Assembly (NCBI GenBank): GCA_021827645.1
Contig: JAKAVA010000041.1
Span: 2,076 to 66,075 of the forward strand
Direction of reading: 5' to 3'
DNA: 64,000 nucleotides
Source: Planctomycetota bacterium
Lineage (GTDB): Bacteria > Planctomycetota > Phycisphaerae > WQYP01
Shown here: one piece after another, positions 50,041 to 59,196 of the stretch
Numbering within the stretch: the first letter of the stretch is position 1
Layout: every line of letters starts with the position of its first letter
Translations under genes and position numbers: made by a program
Notes under the pieces: model-generated
Databases searched by the model: none
What the model saw: the letters and a program-made list of their open reading frames with translations, nothing else
What the model was told of the DNA's origin: nothing

Positions 50041-50654
50041 TATTGGATTCTCTCTCCGCCTCCATGTGTCCATCCATCCGATGAAAAGCCCTGCCCGCGC
50101 ACCGGCCCTCTCTCGTGCGCATCGCGCCCGCCGGCAAACCGAGCTGACTTTATACTGGCGACCAAAAACCGTGATATGCAGCAAGTGCAAAGCGTGGTTT
50201 CGATCGATGCGCCGACTTGTCTCTCTGCGGCGCGGAATAAACCTCTCACTCCCTCCGGGGCAATCCTGCTAAAGGCAGATGCCACAATCGCCAAAAGCTT
50301 TCAATCGTCAGCGTTTCATGTCGATCTGAAAATGCCTCGGCGATTTTCCGGCGACCCGACTGATTTCATTTTTCTCATCGTGACTGATCCGCAACTGATT
50401 TGCACTTGCGTGATCTCATCAGCACATTCTTTGTATCGACCGGATGCAGCATCGGGATGAGTCGGCGCTCCTTTTATTTGGTGGAAAAATATTATGTGTC
50501 AGTTTTGGCCTGCCGAAGTCATTCGGGCGCATAATCATCGGTCGCGTGAATTCCCCCGCCTGATACTATCGCTCCCGATAAGTCGCCATGCGGCGCTATT
50601 CTTTTTGTGGTGGGGGAGGCATGCGGAATTCGCCGCCCGATCTCGAGCCGCTGT

Positions 50655-50700
50655 TTGACATGACCTATGTATGTGTGTATGATAACCAACATATATTAGG
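50655..50700 (+). promoter_or_regulatory. Near-consensus sigma70 promoter with overlapping imperfect inverted repeat
   Basis: TTGACA (50655)-17-TATGAT (50678) with extended TG; CCTATGTATGT (50664-50674) versus ACATATATTAGG (50689-50700). Confidence 0.75.
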
Positions 50701-50717
50701 GTTCGGAGTAAAAAATC

Positions 50718-51560
50718 ATGCAATACGCTAAAAATCTGTCCGAATTTGGTCTAAAAATCCGAAATCGCAGGCAAGAAATGAGGCTTACTCAAGACCAACT
50801 CGCTGCCGCCACCGGTATCAGCAAGCCATATATATCAAACATTGAAACCGGCCGTATTGTCGGGCCCCCAACTTCCGAAAAGCTTCGCAACCTGGAACAT
50901 GCCCTTGGCCTTGAGGAAAATGAACTCTGTCGCCAAGCCGACTGGCTAAAAGTACCCGAGGCATTGCGGGCGAGCCTTGTTGGTAATTTGGACCAAATCC
51001 GGGTCGCCGGCCCGGCCGTGCCTCCATCAACGCCACACCTCGATGCAGTTGCTTCCTATGATTCCGTTCAATTGATCAACCACACCGACGAACCTCCGGA
51101 ACGATTCACCCCCGTCCCGCTGAAAAAAATTCCGCTTATCAACCGCGTTGCCGCCGGCGCACCGATCGAGGCCACCGATCTGGATTACCCCGTCAACATC
51201 GCCGACCGCGACGCCCTGATTCCCGACGAGTTGGTCGATGGGTGCTTTGCGCTGCGGATCGATGGTGATTCCATGACGCCCGTCTATCAGCCGGGAGATA
51301 TTGTGATCTTCTCCGGCGACCGAACGCCGGTGGATGGTGACGACTGTCTGGTGCGGCTCGGTGACGCGGATAATTTTTCAACCACGTTCAAACGCATCCA
51401 TTTTGTGGATGCGTCCGGCGTCAAGAACAAAGAAGGGGAATTTGTGTTTTTGGAACCCCTCAACTCCGATCACGCGCCGCGCATTGTCCGCCGGATTGAT
51501 CTCACCGGCTTGTATCCAGCTTTATGGAAAGTTTCCGCCGTCCGCCGTGGTTGCCTATAA
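50718..51560 (+). CDS. XRE-HTH + S24 peptidase repressor (LexA/CI-like)
   Basis: LTQDQLA...YISNIETG HTH; cleavage site RVAAG; catalytic GDSM and TFKR. Confidence 0.9.
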   Translation: MQYAKNLSEFGLKIRNRRQEMRLTQDQLAAATGISKPYISNIETGRIVGPPTSEKLRNLEHALGLEENELCRQADWLKVPEALRASLVGNLDQIRVAGPAVPPSTPHLDAVASYDSVQLINHTDEPPERFTPVPLKKIPLINRVAAGAPIEATDLDYPVNIADRDALIPDELVDGCFALRIDGDSMTPVYQPGDIVIFSGDRTPVDGDDCLVRLGDADNFSTTFKRIHFVDASGVKNKEGEFVFLEPLNSDHAPRIVRRIDLTGLYPALWKVSAVRRGCL

Positions 51561-51712
51561 CGGCCGAACCATTCAAGCAAATCTCGCCCCTACGACCCCG
51601 TTCCGGCTCACCGCCGCGCCGGCCGGGATGGGGCGGACACGTCAAATCCCGGCCAACTGACATCCCCCGAGTCTCGGGCACCGGAACGCATCATACGCCG
51701 CGAATGAAAATA

Positions 51713-52702
51713 TTAAAATCCTCTTCCCGGAGGAAAAAACGGAGGCCCCATCCCGCCGGGCCCTCTTCTTCTGCCGCCGCCGTGGCTGTGTCGCGGCCGT
51801 CCAAGATGCTGGGCATGTTTGCGGAAGCTGTAATCCGGACGACCCCGGAAGAGTCGCCCGATAAAAGGAAACTCCTGCGTCACCACGTAATAGTAAGTGC
51901 CCTCGGGATATTCCGGCGTTACGCCGGTGCGCCCATTCGCTTCGTCGAGATCGCCATACCCCGCCACATATTCAAAATCACCCGTATAGCGTCCGTCGTA
52001 GCGACCACCCGGCCCGGCTGGCGGAGATGGGCGATTCCCCTCTTTGAGCCGATAACTGGAACGCAGCAGTTTCACCTCACTGTTGGCATCATTCGCCCGT
52101 GAATACCCCCACGGGGCGTAGATTGGAAATCCATCCGCCGCATATCCAATCAGCGTCACCTTGTTCCATCCATGGAGTTGGTGCACCAGAACCGTCGGTA
52201 ACCCATGATAGTGATACATGCCGTCGGATTGTACGTGCCCATGACTCTGATCGAGACCGAGGTTGCCAAATCCAGTCAGTACCGCGAAGTTCCAGATCGA
52301 CCCGCGCTGGTGGTGCCAGAAACCCGCTGTACCCGGATCGAACACCACGCCGTCCAGCGCCACACCATAAAATTCCCAATTCTCCACGGGCGTCGTTTCC
52401 GATCTCAATCGCGGCCTCAGCGGCATGCGAAAACGCAGATTGTGAGGTCGGATGGCATTGGGACAACCGCGGTCGGGAAATCGCCCCACCTTATGATCCG
52501 GGATATCATTGGTATCGCAGTAACGATATCGTCCATGTACATAAAATTTCACATGACTCGGATATGGGGGATAGACCGTACACGGCTCAAGATAGTTTCT
52601 GCCGAACCGTCCATCCGCCATGACAGGTAATGGCAGATTCACCGCCAGCCCCGCTGCAGCAAGGCCCATGATGTACCGCCGACGAGTGATAACATGTTCC
52701 AT
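51713..52702 (-). CDS. Tat-exported YHYH domain protein
   Basis: TRRRYIMG signal; GVALDGV, GMYHYHG, GYAADGFPIY, DLDEANG, YYYVVT..FPFI. Confidence 0.88.
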   Translation of the reverse strand: MEHVITRRRYIMGLAAAGLAVNLPLPVMADGRFGRNYLEPCTVYPPYPSHVKFYVHGRYRYCDTNDIPDHKVGRFPDRGCPNAIRPHNLRFRMPLRPRLRSETTPVENWEFYGVALDGVVFDPGTAGFWHHQRGSIWNFAVLTGFGNLGLDQSHGHVQSDGMYHYHGLPTVLVHQLHGWNKVTLIGYAADGFPIYAPWGYSRANDANSEVKLLRSSYRLKEGNRPSPPAGPGGRYDGRYTGDFEYVAGYGDLDEANGRTGVTPEYPEGTYYYVVTQEFPFIGRLFRGRPDYSFRKHAQHLGRPRHSHGGGRRRGPGGMGPPFFPPGRGF

Positions 52703-53098
52703 CGCTTCGTCTCCTTTCAGCCCCCGGGAAAATCACCGATTTAATAAACGCTCCAAGGGCAGATGAGTTGCGAGATAATCTGAATATCGTGTCGCCGTCC
52801 ACCCCGCAGACGTTGTCCTCAAGGTCGTCCAGGTGCCGCTTTGCCCCGGATATGGGGCGGGGTATCATATAGGTAACAAAGTTAAATCCATTTCGTGGGA
52901 TTTTATTGGTGGGGGTGATCAATGAATCTCGATACAACTGATATCCATGCTGTTATTGCACTCATCAACCATCCGTGATCCGTTTTGCATTCAAGGCCGG
53001 TCGGGCGACGAATATGCCCATCGAGGAATCAGTTCCCATCTATGGCCTCTGAGTACCGGGGGCGCGTCCCGGGTCAACGGCTCGCATTTGCTTGCCGC

Positions 53099-53139
53099 AA
53101 AAAAAAGGGGGTGGATCGAGATTCTTCCGATCCACCCCC
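53099..53139 (-). terminator. Rho-independent terminator of the PEP-CTERM gene
   Basis: 12-bp stem GGGGGTGGATCG/CGATCCACCCCC followed by T8 on the minus strand. Confidence 0.88.
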
Positions 53140-53195
53140 AAGTGTTTCATCAGCTTAGCCCAACCATCATCGGGCGAGCTATTTCGCTTGCTTGC

Positions 53196-53963
53196 TTACT
53201 TCAGTGCACGGCGCCGACGGCTCAGCAGCATCAGTCCGGCTGCCCCGGCTCCAAAAATTCCGACGCTTGCCGGTTCCGGTACCGTCTGAAGCTGAATGCC
53301 ATCCACACCCACGTTCGATCCCCCCACAGAGGATATATTGAGCGTGATATCCCCACTCACCGGCGTGATGTTGGTGAATTCGATGTAGTTACCCGGGGTG
53401 TTGTCGGTCGCTTTCACGAAAGTTCCGTCGAAATTTGCGCCTTTCTGCTCCAAAACCGTCTGGCTGTCGCTGCCGACCGAGAAGGTTCCCGTGATGGACG
53501 AGACGTTGAAAAAATCCGCTACTGTATAGACAACCAGGTTGTACGATCCGCTGCCGAGCCCGGAGAGCGTGACGGAGGCGGACGAGCTTTTCCCAGTCTT
53601 AAACTCACCATACAGCAGGGCGTAATTTGCCCCGTTGACGGGATGGGTTCCTGTCTCATAGTTATTGTTAAAAGAACCGGAGATCGAAACATTTGTGGCC
53701 GTACCCGTGCTGTCCAGCAAGTCTGCCTTGCTGATGCTCGTGGGTCCAGTGCCGCCCAAACTGGTGCTCGAGACGTCGTTATTAAAATTTTCCTGAGGTA
53801 TGAACCCCGCCGTGCTGGTGGCGCTGAGGCTATTAGCCGCAGTACCGGTGCCTTGCACAACAAAATTGACACCGATAAGATCCGCCGACGCGGTCCCACT
53901 CGCCAGCGCAATTCCGCCAATGGAGGCGGCCGAAAGCAGTGTAACCAACAATTTACGAGACAT
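53196..53963 (-). CDS. PEP-CTERM exosortase-targeted surface protein
   Basis: Signal peptide; S/T/G/N-rich body; C-terminal VPEPAS-TM-RRRR; GGAGG RBS. Confidence 0.92.
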   Translation of the reverse strand: MSRKLLVTLLSAASIGGIALASGTASADLIGVNFVVQGTGTAANSLSATSTAGFIPQENFNNDVSSTSLGGTGPTSISKADLLDSTGTATNVSISGSFNNNYETGTHPVNGANYALLYGEFKTGKSSSASVTLSGLGSGSYNLVVYTVADFFNVSSITGTFSVGSDSQTVLEQKGANFDGTFVKATDNTPGNYIEFTNITPVSGDITLNISSVGGSNVGVDGIQLQTVPEPASVGIFGAGAAGLMLLSRRRRALK

Positions 53964-54101
53964 TGAAAATCCTCCCGGCCCCTCACAGAGGCCATAATTA
54001 AAATCGGAACCAAGCATCAAACCGCGGCGCCAGACGGTTTGCGAACATTCGCGGCTTGCTCTCAAATCCCAAGTTCACCGGTCTAAGATTTGTCTGGGGA
54101 G

Positions 54102-54130
54102 AGCTTACAACGTTTTTGCACCGTTGTCAA
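54102..54130 (-). promoter_or_regulatory. Sigma70 promoter of the PEP-CTERM gene
   Basis: TTGACA-17-TAAGCT on the minus strand. Confidence 0.7.
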
Positions 54131-54493
54131 GTATTTTTGGTAAAAAAATTGCGGCTGGCCGTTTTTTTCCCGCTTCATCCGCCAAAGCATGGCGTTTCCG
54201 ATGCGAAAATAGCGTTAATTCGTAAATGCGTTTCGGAACCAAGGTCGCGAAAAATAGAGACTCTCCTGCGGAACCACGGCTCGGGCGGCGTCAACCTCGG
54301 GAAGCACCCGTTCCCGCAATCTCCGCTCCAGCGGTGCCAGATGAAGCCTCATACTTTTCCGATTCGACGCAAGCGGCAGTGACGAGCCTCGGCCGCTGAC
54401 CCACCCAAAAGTTCCAGGGATTTCAATGGCTGGCGACCGCGAAACCGGGGCCACGTCGATTTGCAATATTTGCTCTCCCCATGGAGCCACACA

Positions 54494-55708
54494 TCAGGCG
54501 ACCATGATCCGATCCTTGCCCTGCCCCTTGGCCCGATACATGGCCGCATCGGCTCGTGCCAGCAGGCCGTCGAGCGAGTCGTCGCCCGGCCTGATCATCA
54601 TGACACCTATGCTAAGCGTCGCCGCCCGTCCGATTTGCGGATCACTTTCGGAACCGTGTGCAAAACTGCGGCGCAATCGCTCCGCAATTCTTGTTGCGCC
54701 GGCCTCATCAACGCCCTTGAGGAAAATGGTAAACTCGTCTCCCCCCCGGCGTCCCAAAGAATCGCTTGATCGCAGGGAACTTTGGGCCGTCGCGGCAAAA
54801 AGTCGCAGCAAGGCGTCACCGGCTTCATGCCCATACTTATCATTAACCTGTTTGAATTCATCGATATCGATGGTGAGAAGTGCATCGCGCAGGCCCTCGG
54901 CTTCAACCTTGTCGGTTGCGGTCGACGGTGTACGTCTGTTTTTATTCTGCAGGAGTTGTCGGCGGACGGCCGCCTCGAAGGCATTGCGATTCAGCACGCC
55001 GGTGAGGCCATCCGTATTGGCAGCCACCATCAGCGCGTTTTGCAGGCGCTCGGACGCAAGCATCAGGAAGCCCATGTTCCACGCGGTCAAAAGCCCAAGT
55101 GTGCCGGCCAAGGTAAAACCCACGACAGGCGAAGGAAGGCGCGTGAGGTGATTGGCGGGGTGCAGCCACATCGCGAGTATGCGGGTGACGTTTCCCAGCA
55201 CAAAAAGTGCAAAGAGTGCCATTAAAAACCGCGTAACCTTCAAATTTGACTTTTTCAGTATGGAAATCAGTTCCCGGATCATCATCACCGCCGTCAGGCT
55301 CAGCAGGGACGCAACCAGCGTTATGCGGTGGGCCATGGTGGAACTGATGGGAGACTTAAGCTCCAGCAGGATAAAAATAAGGGGAAAGACCAGCCATACC
55401 CACTTTTTCAGGGGTGGTTTTTCATTAAATGATCTCAGGCCTATCCAATTGAGGAACAGTCCCATCACAACGGCCGTCTGCGAAAGCGATACCGCCAGAA
55501 CGTACGGCGCAAAACCGCGCAGGCTCACCAGTGCAAGCCCTACAGCCGCCAATAAATTCCCGATACCCCAAAATCCGAGCCAGCGATCTCGGCGCCGCAA
55601 CAGCCATGCATATAGATGCGTTGCCGCAAGCAGCAGGGCGATCCCGCTCATCAAACAGATGATCGTTCGCACTTCAAAAAACAGAAGGCTGGGGTTGGTC
55701 TTAGTCAT
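54494..55708 (-). CDS. Membrane-bound diguanylate cyclase (multi-TM + GGDEF)
   Basis: About 6-7 TMs; DGLTGVLNR, DIDEFKQVNDKYGH, RGGDEF, ADAAMYRAK; start uncertain. Confidence 0.9.
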   Translation of the reverse strand: MTKTNPSLLFFEVRTIICLMSGIALLLAATHLYAWLLRRRDRWLGFWGIGNLLAAVGLALVSLRGFAPYVLAVSLSQTAVVMGLFLNWIGLRSFNEKPPLKKWVWLVFPLIFILLELKSPISSTMAHRITLVASLLSLTAVMMIRELISILKKSNLKVTRFLMALFALFVLGNVTRILAMWLHPANHLTRLPSPVVGFTLAGTLGLLTAWNMGFLMLASERLQNALMVAANTDGLTGVLNRNAFEAAVRRQLLQNKNRRTPSTATDKVEAEGLRDALLTIDIDEFKQVNDKYGHEAGDALLRLFAATAQSSLRSSDSLGRRGGDEFTIFLKGVDEAGATRIAERLRRSFAHGSESDPQIGRAATLSIGVMMIRPGDDSLDGLLARADAAMYRAKGQGKDRIMVA

Positions 55709-55978
55709 ACTACCTTGATAAGAATACCCGCAATTTAGCGGCAGTTCCACCGTTCTTCCGCTGCGTCGTCAGCTCAACTTATTTATCGGCAGAAATCTTA
55801 ATTTGTGTATCAACTAAATTCGAACGCTGAATCCGCGGGTTCCTTAACGCTATCGAAGCATCGTGATCGGTTTCGGATGTTGCAAATGCGAATTCTCGGG
55901 TGCCCGGAGGATCATACCCAAAACGATATGTTTTTCAGCAATACGAAAAGACGGGAAGTCTCGGATAATCTTGAAATC

Positions 55979-57088
55979 CTAATGAGCATCCTCCTTCGAT
56001 TTGGTCGCGTTCAGTTTCGCTTCGACCGCTCGCAGGCGTTTGGCCAATTCCGGAAGCTGGAATATCTGCAGATAGACTCGCTTGGCCAGTTTGAAATCCA
56101 TCGCCGGCGTCCCGCCGATATCCCGATTCGGCTCAATATCCGACGTGATGCCCGATTGCGCCGCAGCACGCACCCGGTCACCGATATGAATATGGCCCGC
56201 CACGCCCACCTGTCCTGCGAGAACCACATAGTCGCCCGTTGACGAACTCCCTGCGATGCCAACCTGACTCACCAGCAGATTATGTCGGCCGATCTGACAG
56301 TTGTGCCCCACCACAACGTTGTTTCCGATTTTGGTTCCCTCCCCGATCACCGTCGATTCCATCGCCGCCCGTTCGATGACCGTGTTCGATCCGACTTCCA
56401 CATCATCGCCCAAGATCACGTTTCCGATCTGCGGTATTTTGTGATGGATCCCCTGGTGGGTTGCAAAGCCGTAACCGTCGCAACCAATCACGGCACCCGA
56501 TTGAACAATGACGCGTTTGCCCAGTCGGCAGAAATCATAGATCACCGCGTTGGGATAGATGATGCAATCAGATCCCAGTTCCGTACCGTTCATGATCTTT
56601 GCGCCGGGGTAAATGACGCATCGATCTCCGACCACGCAGTTTTCACCAATGGTAACAAAAGGTCCGATGTGGCAATCGGCTCCAATTTTTGCCGACGCCG
56701 CAATATCGCACAGTGGCGAAACCAGCGGCTTGGGTTGCGGACGCATGCCGTGGATCAGCACCATGATCTGGCGGAATCCGAAATAGGGATCCGCCGCTCG
56801 AATCAAGGTAAGAGGGGCTGACGCCGGACGCTGTATCGATTGGTGATCCAACTTGGCATCGACCACCACGCACCCTGCGGAGGTCGTTGTCAACTGATTG
56901 AGATATTTAATATTGGAGACGAAGCTGATGTCGTCCGGGCCGGCCGATTCGAGTCCGCAACATCGTCGAATCCGTCGCTCGCCGTCACCGACGACGGTGC
57001 CCCCGATGTGGGCGGCAAGTCGGTTGACCGTAAATGGAGCCGTATCGCCGGAAGCGGACGGGGAAGTATCATGTGGGGAACCGGGCAT
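55979..57088 (-). CDS. lpxD: UDP-3-O-acyl-glucosamine N-acyltransferase
   Basis: ISFVSNIKY, DPYFGF, hexapeptide repeats, IGCDGYGF, KIPQIGNV, GHNCQIG, SQVGIAGS. Confidence 0.95.
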   Translation of the reverse strand: MPGSPHDTSPSASGDTAPFTVNRLAAHIGGTVVGDGERRIRRCCGLESAGPDDISFVSNIKYLNQLTTTSAGCVVVDAKLDHQSIQRPASAPLTLIRAADPYFGFRQIMVLIHGMRPQPKPLVSPLCDIAASAKIGADCHIGPFVTIGENCVVGDRCVIYPGAKIMNGTELGSDCIIYPNAVIYDFCRLGKRVIVQSGAVIGCDGYGFATHQGIHHKIPQIGNVILGDDVEVGSNTVIERAAMESTVIGEGTKIGNNVVVGHNCQIGRHNLLVSQVGIAGSSSTGDYVVLAGQVGVAGHIHIGDRVRAAAQSGITSDIEPNRDIGGTPAMDFKLAKRVYLQIFQLPELAKRLRAVEAKLNATKSKEDAH

Positions 57089-57311
57089 CTGATCTCCTCT
57101 GAGGCACCCTATTGCTGCCGATGCTGCCGACGACGACCTCGCCGTCAACGGCCGCTATATGGCGGACTGACCTGAGTCGGCCCGCCTCGTTAGCATTTGA
57201 GTATAGTGGATAAATCGGGTTATCTCCCGCATGTGGAGAGTGTCTGAATCTTGCGCTGAGAGCAAAATCGACGAACCATTACATGTTGGTCCAACGACTT
57301 GAAACGGCACG

Positions 57312-57815
57312 TCAGCCGAATGCAACTCGATGGCGGCTCGTCTGGCGGATCGAATCGTTGAATTTGGTCAGGGTAACTGCGTTGCCTGATTCATTGAAAA
57401 CGACACTGTTCATGAAGGCACGCATCAGAAGCAGGCCCCGGCCGGATGTCTGTTCAAGATTGTGTTCGCTGGTGGGGTCGGGTACGGCAGCGGGATTAAA
57501 GCCGTCTCCCTCATCCTCAATGACAATATCACACCGTCGGGGGGTCACGCGATATTTAATGTGAATCTGCTTGGAGGTATCAGATCGATTCCCGTGCCGG
57601 ATGGCATTGTTAATGGCTTCTTCCACGGCAAGCTTCAGAGCAAAAAGGTCCCGGTCGGTAAAAGCATGCATCTGACACTGCGAGAGGATCGCTTCCTCAA
57701 CGTCCCGTACCTTGCGGATATCAGACTCAATATCGCACGAACACCACAGTTTGGGGCTATGACTGGTGCAATTTCGCTTCACAGCCGGATGACGGTGAGA
57801 ATGGGTTTGTTTCAT
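57312..57815 (-). CDS. RsbW-like anti-sigma factor (HATPase_c kinase)
   Basis: EEAINNAIRHGN, EDEGDGF, SGRGLLLMRAFM. Confidence 0.88.
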   Translation of the reverse strand: MKQTHSHRHPAVKRNCTSHSPKLWCSCDIESDIRKVRDVEEAILSQCQMHAFTDRDLFALKLAVEEAINNAIRHGNRSDTSKQIHIKYRVTPRRCDIVIEDEGDGFNPAAVPDPTSEHNLEQTSGRGLLLMRAFMNSVVFNESGNAVTLTKFNDSIRQTSRHRVAFG

Positions 57816-57977
57816 ACCACGGCGTCCCAATTCCAACTCTAAGCAAGTACACCGATTAACAAATCCGTGGCAAGTGTCTCGGGCATCCGTACCCTCTTGC
57901 TATTAACTATCCCCATGCCCGCGCATGAGAGATTCATGTCACAACGGCGGGTGCTTCGACCTGCCGACGATCACGTC

Positions 57978-58361
57978 TTACGACGAAGGTTTTTCCAATG
58001 ACGCCTTCGCTTCCTCCATTGTCGGAAAGATGCGGAAGAGTTTGTTAAGTTTTGTGATGAGAAAAACCTCGTATATCTGTGGATTGATGGAACACAGACG
58101 GAGTTGGCCGTCGCGTTCCCGCACTTTGTAATTAACGGTAATCAGGGTGCCCAGCGCCGAAGAAGACAGGTGATCGACGCCTGCAAAGGAAATGATGATT
58201 TTGGGCTTCAGTTGGCTTTCGATATAGGACGTAAGTTGCCGACCCATTTCCGTGATTTCATTTTCTTCCAGCAATTTACGGACATTAAATTCGACGACGG
58301 TCAGTTCACCGTTATGGGTCAGCTTGATCGGCGCCGTATCTTTTTCCTTATCCTTCAGCAT
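57978..58361 (-). CDS. STAS-domain anti-anti-sigma factor
   Basis: VDHLSSSALGTLI (phospho-Ser motif), EVFLITKLNKLF. Confidence 0.9.
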   Translation of the reverse strand: MLKDKEKDTAPIKLTHNGELTVVEFNVRKLLEENEITEMGRQLTSYIESQLKPKIIISFAGVDHLSSSALGTLITVNYKVRERDGQLRLCSINPQIYEVFLITKLNKLFRIFPTMEEAKASLEKPSS

Positions 58362-58558
58362 GGCGGTAAGGCCCCTTGCAAATCAGGCATAACAATTACT
58401 GCGTGCCGCGACGGGTATCGCCACGTTCTTCGCCGCATCTCCATCATAAACTTAACCCCAGAAGAGTCAATCCTCGGAAACAGATTGCAATGACCTTCCG
58501 CACCTGCCCTGCATCACCTTGCCCGATCGCTTAAAAGGGAATTCCGGCCCCATGAGTC

Positions 58559-59158
58559 CTATACCCCCATTTTACCCCGATAGCGGCTGATCGCCTGGCG
58601 TATTTGCTGCTCCACCCGCTTCGGCGATCGAATCCATTGCCAGGTGATGCTCTGCGATTGAACCGCCTCGATGGTGAAGGTGAGGGTGCCGGTACGTAGA
58701 ATTTTTTGCGGTATCGATTCCTTGCACGAAATATCGGCGATGCGTCCCAGCACCGTCTGCGTGATTTGAGGCTGCAGAAGGCCTTGAATCGTAATCAGCC
58801 GGCAATTGGTGAGAATATAGTGATGGCCGATCCATTCCATCACGCCGTAAAGCAACCGGCAGAACACCAGAATGCCGGTAATGGTGGCCATGGTCGGAAG
58901 GCTGATGAATCTTCCTATGACTGCCGATGTTTCAGAAAGCAGTGCGAGCGAAAGCACGACGACGATATACGTGGAACTCGTCACAAGAATATACCAGACC
59001 GACGGCCGAAGCATGAGGATGACCAGTTCATTCTCGTGGAGCACATTCTGCCGCGCCAGGCCCTGGGCGACACCGGCGGCGGATGATGCCGAGCCCGCAA
59101 ACCGCTGCCACCGCTCTGCGGATGATGAGGGGAGCGTGTTTCGCGGACGCTGTCGCAT
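58559..59158 (-). CDS. Membrane protein with bacterial PH (bPH_2) domain
   Basis: Two TMs, then YILTNCRLITIQGLL...QKILRTGTL. Confidence 0.7.
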   Translation of the reverse strand: MRQRPRNTLPSSSAERWQRFAGSASSAAGVAQGLARQNVLHENELVILMLRPSVWYILVTSSTYIVVVLSLALLSETSAVIGRFISLPTMATITGILVFCRLLYGVMEWIGHHYILTNCRLITIQGLLQPQITQTVLGRIADISCKESIPQKILRTGTLTFTIEAVQSQSITWQWIRSPKRVEQQIRQAISRYRGKMGV

Positions 59159-59196
59159 GCGTAAGATTCTCCGGCATCGATGGAAGACCGCCGCGG

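Noticed and set aside
52947-53966. 339-aa plus-strand ORF antisense to the PEP-CTERM gene
   Set aside because: The minus-strand gene has a signal peptide, sorting motif, promoter, RBS and terminator; the plus ORF has no recognisable features
53041-53996. 11-bp inverted repeat TATGGCCTCTG flanking the PEP-CTERM gene (invertible segment)
   Set aside because: Length compatible with chance over 1 kb, and no recombinase nearby
47021-55978. Integrative element or prophage at tRNA-Leu
   Set aside because: No integrase, no phage structural genes and no duplicated tRNA 3' end found by eye; old decay cannot be excluded
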